Source of the DNA: Candidatus Iainarchaeum sp.
GTDB lineage: Archaea > B1Sed10-29 > WALL01
Direction: 5' to 3'
DNA: 64,000 bases
Assembly (NCBI GenBank): GCA_023129115.1
Contig: JAGMCR010000012.1
Coordinates: 20,667-84,666 of the forward strand
Positions 57,735-64,000 of the stretch are shown one piece after another. How positions within the stretch are numbered: position 1 is the first letter of the stretch; every line of letters begins with the position of its first letter. The notes beneath the pieces are model-generated. The model worked only from the letters and a program-made list of their open reading frames with translations, was not told the DNA's origin and did no database searches. The translations under genes and the position numbers were made by a program.

Positions 57735-59368
57735 GGGAAGACGTGCTCAAGCACGTTTTGAAGAACGAGATAGAGCACGGCAAGGCAGACCCCCAAGTCG
57801 TTGTTGGGAAGATACTCGCAAGCGAGCCGCAGCTGCGCCAGCAGGCAAAGGAAGTCGCCGAAGAAGTCGGGAGAGTTGTCCGGGAGATTTCTTCGTGGAG
57901 CGACGAAAAGAAGACGGAAGAGCTGTTGCGGCTTTGGCCGGGGGCGCTGGAAAAGAAAATAGTCGAGGAGAAGAAGGGCCTGAAGGACTTGCCGAACGTC
58001 GGCGGGAATGTTGTGATGCGCTTCGCGCCGAACCCGAACGGCCCAGCGACGCTGGGGAGCTCGCGCGGGATTGTGATTAACGCTGAGTACTGCAAGAAGT
58101 ACAACGGGCGGTTCACCTGTCGCTTTGATGATACGGACCCGAGTTTGAAGAAGCCACTCGTAGAGGCGTATGACTGGTACCTCGAGGACATGGAGTGGCT
58201 CGGCTGCCCGCCCGACAAAATAGTTTATGCGAGCGACCATGTCGAGGAGTATTACCGTGTGGCCGAAGAATTAATCATGAAGAGGAAGGCGTACGTCTGC
58301 ACATGCCCTGCGGAGAAGTTCAGGAAGCTCAAGTCGTCGGGCAAGGCGTGCCCGTGCCGCGAGCAGGGCCAGCGCGAGACCAAGCAGATGTGGGAGAAGA
58401 TGCTTGCGGGCGGGTTCGCCGAGGGGCAAGCGGTGCTGAGGATTAAGACGGACATGCAGCACAAGGACCCGGCCATCCGGGACTGGGTCGCGTTCAGGGT
58501 AAGGTTCGGCGAGCACCCGCGCGTGGGGAAGAAGTACAGCGTGTGGCCAATGCTTGACTTCGAGAGCGCGGTCGAGGACAAGCTGCAGGGGACGACGCAC
58601 ATTGTGCGTGGCAAGGATTTGCGGGACAGCACGACGCGGCAGAAGTTCTTGTACGATTACATGGGGTGGGCTTACCCGGAGACGCTGTACTGGGGGAGGG
58701 TTGCAGTGCACGAGTTCGGGAAGCTGAGCACGTCCGGCATCGCCGAGGGGATTGCGAAGGGGAAGTACAGCGGGTGGGACGACCGGCGGCTGCCGACGCT
58801 TCGTGCGCTGCGGAGGAGGGGCTTTGACCCGCAGTCGGTCGTGCAGTTTTGGATTGGGCTGGGGCTAACCGAGAAGGACGTTAGTGCGTCGATGGAGACC
58901 ATTGAGGCGTTCAACAAAAAGATTATTGACCAACGGGCGAAGCGGTATTTCTTTGTGCCGAAGCCCAAGAAAATTAAGGTGACGGGGATTCCGGAGACGC
59001 AAGTTAGCCTGAAGTCTTACCCGACTGACGAGAAGGGGAAGCGGGGCTATTTCTTCAGGGGGGACTACGAGTTTTTCGTGCCCGAGGCGCCGGAGCTTTT
59101 CCGTTTGAAGGACGCGTTCAACGTGAAGAAAGAGGGGACGGGGTATGTTTATGCTGGGAAGGAATTGCTGGACTGCCCGAAGCTGCAGTGGGTGACCGAG
59201 GCGATTGACGCCGAACTGGTGACGCCGGAGGGGGTGCAGAAGGGCGTTGTGGAGAGGTATATCCTCGACGCCAAGAAGGGGAATTTGGTGCAGCTCGAGA
59301 GGGTTGGCTACGCGCGGATTGACGAGATTAGTGACGAGAAAGTGGTTTTCTGGCTTACCCATAAATAG
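57731..59368 (+). CDS. gltX: Glutamate--tRNA ligase
   Basis: RFAPNPNG, RFDDTDP, THIVRGKD, LSTS, QLERVGY. Confidence 0.94.
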   Translation: MREDVLKHVLKNEIEHGKADPQVVVGKILASEPQLRQQAKEVAEEVGRVVREISSWSDEKKTEELLRLWPGALEKKIVEEKKGLKDLPNVGGNVVMRFAPNPNGPATLGSSRGIVINAEYCKKYNGRFTCRFDDTDPSLKKPLVEAYDWYLEDMEWLGCPPDKIVYASDHVEEYYRVAEELIMKRKAYVCTCPAEKFRKLKSSGKACPCREQGQRETKQMWEKMLAGGFAEGQAVLRIKTDMQHKDPAIRDWVAFRVRFGEHPRVGKKYSVWPMLDFESAVEDKLQGTTHIVRGKDLRDSTTRQKFLYDYMGWAYPETLYWGRVAVHEFGKLSTSGIAEGIAKGKYSGWDDRRLPTLRALRRRGFDPQSVVQFWIGLGLTEKDVSASMETIEAFNKKIIDQRAKRYFFVPKPKKIKVTGIPETQVSLKSYPTDEKGKRGYFFRGDYEFFVPEAPELFRLKDAFNVKKEGTGYVYAGKELLDCPKLQWVTEAIDAELVTPEGVQKGVVERYILDAKKGNLVQLERVGYARIDEISDEKVVFWLTHK

Positions 59369-59445
59369 CGTTTGGAGCCAAAATAGCCTATAAAAACCTT
59401 TATAAACCGGCCTATTTACAATAGCACTCGCTAATTTTTAGTTAG

Positions 59446-59491
59446 CGCCAATGAGTTGTGAGGCCCCATTTGGCCTATGAATAATGAGGTG
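59446..59491 (+). promoter_or_regulatory. Double kink-turn in the rpl7ae 5' UTR covering the SD sequence
   Basis: CGCC-AAT-GA-GTTGT-GA-GGCC pairs with GGCC-TAT-GA-ATAAT-GA-GGTG; TATA at about 59398. Confidence 0.8.
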
Positions 59492-59493
59492 AA

Positions 59494-59856
59494 ATGAAAA
59501 TGCCAAAGTTCGAGGTTCCGAAAGAAGTGGCGGACCAAACGTTTGAAGCAGTAGAGATATCCACGAACACGGGGAAGATTAGGCGTGGCGTGAACGAGGT
59601 CACGAAGGCAGTCGAGCGCGAGAAAGCGCTGCTTGTTGTGATTGCCGGAGACGTCGCCCCCGAAGAAATCGTGATGCACCTGCCAATCCTGTGCGACGAA
59701 AAAAGCATTGCTTATACCTACGTCCCCACCAAAAAGGAATTGGGTGCCGCGAGCGGGATTCCGGTCGGGACGAGCGCGATAGCTATTGTCGAGCCCGGCG
59801 ACGCCAAAGACCTTGTCGACGGCCTAAAGAAGAAAGTCGCAGAGTTCAAGAAGTGA
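59494..59856 (+). CDS. rpl7ae: 50S ribosomal protein L7Ae
   Basis: [30 protein letters not shown]. Confidence 0.95.
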   Translation: MKMPKFEVPKEVADQTFEAVEISTNTGKIRRGVNEVTKAVEREKALLVVIAGDVAPEEIVMHLPILCDEKSIAYTYVPTKKELGAASGIPVGTSAIAIVEPGDAKDLVDGLKKKVAEFKK

Positions 59857-59867
59857 GGTGGCCCTGA

Positions 59868-60083
59868 ATGGCAGAAGAATACGGGGGCGTCCCCGCAGAG
59901 GTCAAGGAAGTCATTGGCCGGACTGGAGTCTATGGCGAAATCCACCAGGTCATGGCCAAGGTACTCGACGGGCGCGACAAAGGCAGGGTCATGAGGCGGA
60001 ACGTCAAGGGCCCGATTAAGGCCGGCGACATACTCATACTCATGGACACCAAGACAGAGGCAAAGCCAATCCGCGCGAGGTGA
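59868..60083 (+). CDS. rps28e: 30S ribosomal protein S28e
   Basis: GRTG, RNVKGP. Confidence 0.93.
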   Translation: MAEEYGGVPAEVKEVIGRTGVYGEIHQVMAKVLDGRDKGRVMRRNVKGPIKAGDILILMDTKTEAKPIRAR

Positions 60084-60493
60084 TTAGAGTGAAGTGCAAC
60101 TTTTGCGGGACCGACATGGCAAAGGGCATAGGAATACTCCACGCCTACAGGGACGGGACAGTCTACTCCTTCTGCTCTCGCAAGTGCGAGACCAACATGC
60201 TGAAGCTCAAGCGCAAGCCCCAGAAAGTCAAGTGGACCGCGAGGTACCACGAGGAAAAGGCCATCCGCATGCACGGCAAGGAAAAGAAGGAAAAGGCCGT
60301 GAAGAAGGAACAGGTGAAGGCCAAGACCACAAGGGCGGAGCGCAAGGCCAAGCGCGAGGAAAAGAAAAAGGCAATCAAGGCCAAGAAGAAAGCCATGAGG
60401 AAGGGCGCGAAGCCCAAGAAGGCCGAGAAAAAAGCCGGGGTGTCCGCGCCGAAGGCGGCGACACCCCAAAAGGCAAAGAAGGGGGCGGAATAA
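60080..60493 (+). CDS. rpl24e: 50S ribosomal protein L24e with Lys-rich tail
   Basis: CNFCG, FCSRKC, KWT. Confidence 0.92.
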   Translation: MIRVKCNFCGTDMAKGIGILHAYRDGTVYSFCSRKCETNMLKLKRKPQKVKWTARYHEEKAIRMHGKEKKEKAVKKEQVKAKTTRAERKAKREEKKKAIKAKKKAMRKGAKPKKAEKKAGVSAPKAATPQKAKKGAE

Positions 60494-60958
60494 GTGCAGC
60501 GCACCTTCGTCATGCTGAAGCCCGACGTAATGAACCGCGGGCTCATTGGGAAAGTGGTCGCTCGGTTCGAGGACAAAGGCCTCAAGCCCGTTGGCATGAA
60601 GATGCTGCGGCTCGACGACGAGACGCTCAAGGTGCATTACGCGCACCTCGCGGACAAGCCGTTTTTCCCGGGGATTGTTGAGTTCATGAAGCGCTCGCCC
60701 GTGGTTGCAACGGTGTGGGAGGGCAAGGAAGCAATTGAGGTCGGGAGGAAGCTCTGCGGCGTGACCAACGCCCGCGAGGCGGCACCCGGGACAATCCGCG
60801 GGGACTACTCGATGAGCATCCAGGCGAATCTTGTCCATGCCAGTGACTCGGAAGAGATGGCGAGGCAAGAAATAGCCAGGTTTTTCACGGACAGCGAGCT
60901 CTTCGGGTGGGAAAGCGCGCTGGTGGCCTACCAGTACTCAAAGGACGAGGTGGAGTAA
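60494..60958 (+). CDS. ndk: Nucleoside diphosphate kinase
   Basis: MLKPD, PGTIRGDY, NLVHASDS. Confidence 0.95.
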   Translation: MQRTFVMLKPDVMNRGLIGKVVARFEDKGLKPVGMKMLRLDDETLKVHYAHLADKPFFPGIVEFMKRSPVVATVWEGKEAIEVGRKLCGVTNAREAAPGTIRGDYSMSIQANLVHASDSEEMARQEIARFFTDSELFGWESALVAYQYSKDEVE

Positions 60959-61205
60959 CCTCTTCCCACGGCTAAAGTCGTGGGCTTTCAGGTGGTTGAA
61001 ATTCGTTATCTAACGTTCCCTCGCGGGAAGCGTCCACAAGAAAGCCTTGCGGAAGGCTCATACTCAGCCAAGGGCATTGGCACGCAGTGCCTCTTGAGCC
61101 CGTTGGCGTCATTGTTAAGCGCAAAGGTCGGGTTACCCTTGCTCTGGGAAACTCCAGAGACGACCTGCCCACGGGAAAACTGGGCTAAGCCCGCTCCCAT
61201 GGCAA
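60955..61205 (-). ncRNA. Putative omega/reRNA-like structured RNA
   Basis: Minus-strand TTTTTAAG box at 61229-61236, multiple stems, internal GTAACC complementary to terminal GGTTAC. Confidence 0.45.
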
Positions 61206-61318
61206 CAAAACATTTACGCCACCCCGGGCTTAAAAACCATTCGGCTACAGGTTGCCGAGAGAACAGGAGGGAGGCTCAATCCCCCCCACGGCCAAAACCG
61301 TGGGTCTCCTTGAGCCAG
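60955..61318 (-). mobile_element. Non-autonomous IS200/IS605-family element (no transposase or TnpB ORF)
   Basis: Subterminal hairpins CCCACGG-CTAAA-GTCGTGGG and CCCACGG-CCAAAA-CCGTGGG at both ends; no TSD; removal restores the ndk/adk ATGA overlap. Confidence 0.8.
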
Positions 61319-61323
61319 ATTAA

Positions 61324-61968
61324 ATGAAGACGCGCCTCGTTTTCCTGGGCCCGCCCGGGGCAGGGAAAGGGACTTACGCGTCCAGGGTCAGCATCAAGCT
61401 GGGAATCACCCACATATCCGCCGGCCAACTCTTGCGCAACGCAGTAAAGCATGGCACAGCCCTTGGGCTGAAGGCAAAGGCATACATGGACGAGGGAGAG
61501 CTTGTGCCCAACGAAATTGTTGTCAGCCTAATGAAGGAAAGGCTGGCGCAGCCCGACGCAGCCAAAGGGTTTATTCTGGACGGTTTCCCAAGAACCCTCG
61601 GCCAGGCAGAAGCGCTTGGGGGGATTGTGGGGATTGAGCTCGTGATAAACTTTACTGCTCCTGAAGACATCATCGTGAAGAGGCTTGGCACGCGGGAGAC
61701 ATGCAGGAAGTGCGGATGGATCTACAACACGATTACCTTGAAGCCGAAGGTTCCTGGCGTGTGCGACAAGTGTGGTGGAGAATTGTACCAGCGCGAGGAC
61801 GAGAAGCCTGAAGTCGTCCGGGAAAGGTTCCGCGTCTACAACGAAAAGAGCAAGCCATTGATTGACTACTACCGGGACAAGGGGCTGCTCATCGAGCTGG
61901 CGAGCGAGAAAGGCGACGAGCCGCCAGAAGCAATGGTCGAAAAAGTGCTTCAGGCGCTGAAAGCTTAG
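61324..61968 (+). CDS. adk: Adenylate kinase (bacterial-type with Zn LID)
   Basis: GPPGAGKGT, LDGFPRT, CRKC..CDKC. Confidence 0.93.
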   Translation: MKTRLVFLGPPGAGKGTYASRVSIKLGITHISAGQLLRNAVKHGTALGLKAKAYMDEGELVPNEIVVSLMKERLAQPDAAKGFILDGFPRTLGQAEALGGIVGIELVINFTAPEDIIVKRLGTRETCRKCGWIYNTITLKPKVPGVCDKCGGELYQREDEKPEVVRERFRVYNEKSKPLIDYYRDKGLLIELASEKGDEPPEAMVEKVLQALKA

Positions 61969-62075
61969 GAAAACCCTGGGGGCCCTCCCCTGTTCTTTGC
62001 GTGACCGCATCATTTATAAACGTGTGATGGCTTTTACGTGCCAACAAAAGTATTGTCGCGTGGAGGCTACGGTTT

Positions 62076-63065
62076 ATGACGAACAGCTCGCTAAATTATT
62101 CTGCTTCAAATGTTAAAGTGCCAACAGGCATTCCGGGGCTGGACGAAATGTGCGGGGGCGGCGTGTTCGAGTCCAGCACCACGCTCATCACCGGCCCGAG
62201 CGGCACGGGCAAGACAACATTTTGCATGCACTTCGTGAAAGAGGGTCTCAAGAACGGTGAGAGAGCGCTCTTCATCAGCTTCGAGGAAAGCCGCGCCCAG
62301 TTGCTGAGGGACGCGATGGTGTTCTCGTGGGGCCTTGAAGAGTACGAGCAAAAGGGCCTGCTCACATTCGTCTGCAAGTACCCTGAGGGCGCGTTCCTTG
62401 ACGAGCACTTGAGCGAGTTCAAGAAGATACTGAAGACGTTCAAGCCCAAGAGACTCGTGATTGACTCCATCTCAAGCCTGCAGTCATCTTTCACGGAAAA
62501 GGAGCTGGGCAAGTTCTCCAAGAAAATACTCTCGCTGCTCAAGGAAGAGGGGATTACCTCATTCCTGACCACAGCGACTGTTGGCCTCATGTCGACTGAG
62601 ATGCTGTCAGAATCCCACCTCTCGATTTTCACTGATAACATCCTCCTTTTGAAGTACGTCGAAACAGGGGGGGCGCTGAGCACAGTTGTCTCCGTGATAA
62701 AGACGCGTGGGAGCCACCACGACAACAAGCTCCGCACGTACGAGATAACTCCTGACGGCGTCGTGCTGGGCGGGGCGCTCTCCGCTTACGAGGGCATCAT
62801 GGCGGGCGCCACTAGAAAGGTGGGGCCCACAACACAGGAGACGCTCAAGGAAGAGTTCGTGCGCACGCTTGGACCCATGGGGGAGATAGAGTTCTATAAG
62901 CTCGCGCGGAAAACCCTCTCGCGCAAGGGGATAACTAAATACATCGATTCCCTGCTATCCGATGGAATACTCAAGAAAGCAAAGGCAAAGAAGTTCAAGG
63001 AAAACTGTGTTTCAATCCTTATGGAGGACCACGCGGAGCCCTTCATCGCCACCGGCGGAGAGTGA
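62076..63065 (+). CDS. KaiC/RAD55-like ATPase with helical C-terminal extension
   Basis: PTGIPGLD, GPSGTGKT, SFEES, IDSIS, KTRGS.H. Confidence 0.88.
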   Translation: MTNSSLNYSASNVKVPTGIPGLDEMCGGGVFESSTTLITGPSGTGKTTFCMHFVKEGLKNGERALFISFEESRAQLLRDAMVFSWGLEEYEQKGLLTFVCKYPEGAFLDEHLSEFKKILKTFKPKRLVIDSISSLQSSFTEKELGKFSKKILSLLKEEGITSFLTTATVGLMSTEMLSESHLSIFTDNILLLKYVETGGALSTVVSVIKTRGSHHDNKLRTYEITPDGVVLGGALSAYEGIMAGATRKVGPTTQETLKEEFVRTLGPMGEIEFYKLARKTLSRKGITKYIDSLLSDGILKKAKAKKFKENCVSILMEDHAEPFIATGGE

Positions 63066-63169
63066 CGCTGCTCCCATGGGCGGATGGTCCAGAAAGTGCT
63101 CCAGGCCATTGGATTCGAGTGAGTCTTTTTCTAAAGGGATTTAAAGCAGCTAATCCCTAGTATTAGCAG

Positions 63170-63829
63170 ATGAGTCCCACGTCAAAGAAAAAAGGCCTGG
63201 CCAAGCACCAGCTGAAGAAATTTGCTAAACTCTTTCCTGAAAAAGTAGAGACTGTTAAGGGAGAATTTGGGATAGGGGGGCAAACTAGGAGTGTCAAGTT
63301 TAAGAAATATGCTATTACTGGCAAAACTCTTGGGGAAGGCGTCGTGATAAAAGAATACCTCCCAAAAAAAATGGATTTTGAAACCTTCTTCAAAGCATTA
63401 AACAGCACATACCAGCTAACTAAAGAAGTTCACTCTGCTGGTTTGCCTGTGGCAAAACCAATCAGCCTCAAAATTGAGAAAAGAACGGATGAAGAAGGCA
63501 GACCAATAAAAGTAGTAGTCCTGAAAGAAGAGCTCATTGAGGGCAAAACCCGCGGTCAATTGTTCAACGAGTACTTGGATAAGAAGAGAAAAGGGGAGCT
63601 CACAGAAAAAGCGGAAGAGGAAGATAAGAAATTGTGGGACGCTTATGGTGTTGCTGTGAAAAAAATACATAAGTACATTAACGAACGACAAGAGACAAAA
63701 GCGGGCATCATTGAGCCAGTATACGGCAACCTCCAGTTGGATACCCATATAGAAAACGCCATCTGGAATGGCGAGGAATTCATTTTTATGGATATTGGGC
63801 ATGGCCGAGTAAAAAAGAAAGAAAAATGA
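63170..63829 (+). CDS. Protein-kinase-like fold protein
   Basis: VVIKE (VAIK-like), EELIEG, LDTHIEN catalytic loop, MDIG (DFG-like); AT-rich. Confidence 0.5.
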   Translation: MSPTSKKKGLAKHQLKKFAKLFPEKVETVKGEFGIGGQTRSVKFKKYAITGKTLGEGVVIKEYLPKKMDFETFFKALNSTYQLTKEVHSAGLPVAKPISLKIEKRTDEEGRPIKVVVLKEELIEGKTRGQLFNEYLDKKRKGELTEKAEEEDKKLWDAYGVAVKKIHKYINERQETKAGIIEPVYGNLQLDTHIENAIWNGEEFIFMDIGHGRVKKKEK

Positions 63830-63840
63830 CCTTTCGGCAT

Positions 63841-64000
63841 GTGAACTACCCGGCCCTGAAGGGCCGGGCGTCATGAACTAAGATGCAAACTCTATCAGTT
63901 TTCGCTGTGCCCCGTTTTTCTTTGAGGTGGTCCAGTGCTTGTCTTGTGACTGCGCCACGTAGTGGCGCACTGTCTCCGAGTTCACTGCCCCCACGCTGCG
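63841..64000 (-). mobile_element. End of a second IS200/IS605-family element (continues beyond the window)
   Basis: GTGAACTACCCGGCCCTGAAGGGCCGGG terminal motif (minus strand ...GGGTAGTTCAC). Confidence 0.65.

Noticed and set aside
60990-61200. Group I intron (IStron) or RNase P/SRP RNA
   Set aside because: No recognisable P7/catalytic core, RNase P P4 or SRP helix 8 motifs were seen by eye.
60980-61327. ORFs of 64-115 aa inside the IS605-type element
   Set aside because: No TnpA, TnpB or other motifs; they overlap strongly structured non-coding sequence.
63823-63840. 11-nt match of the putative guide flank (ATGCCGAAAGG, minus strand) to 51103-51113
   Set aside because: Too short, and CCGAAA is a common BRE-like promoter motif here, so chance is plausible.

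Overview
High-GC archaeal chromosome segment. The lineage is probably DPANN (Micrarchaeota/Diapherotrites-like), inferred from gene style only and uncertain. It carries the core information-processing superoperons: split rpoH-B''-B'-A'-A'', L30e-nusA-S12-S7-EF2-EF1a-S10, the L3 to secY S10/spc block, S13-S4-S11-rpoD-L18e-L13-S9-rpoN-S2, and gltX-L7Ae-S28e-L24e-ndk-adk. It also holds eight tRNAs, archease plus an intein-containing RtcB, the lower archaeal modified mevalonate cluster (MVK, UbiX, UbiD, an LpdD-like chaperone, two AcnX subunits, IPK, IDI-2) and a 3-kb low-GC island. The most unusual signal is non-coding. At least six short, ORF-less, modular hairpin elements sit at tRNA ends and at the rpoA'/A'' junction. 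Each is flanked by a 7-21 nt duplication of host sequence, their stems co-vary, and a 30-nt hairpin unit is inserted into them, into itself and in tandem. Other notable items: a 363-bp ORF-less IS200/IS605-type element with its own TATA promoter and a putative omega-RNA between ndk and adk; a tRNA-Tyr with an intron inside the anticodon plus a canonical one; a free-standing LAGLIDADG gene between tRNAs; an A9/A-AAA-AAG frameshift splitting a membrane-tethered HTH protein; and a double K-turn over the L7Ae ribosome-binding site. All calls come from reading the sequence by eye; no searches or folding programs were run.
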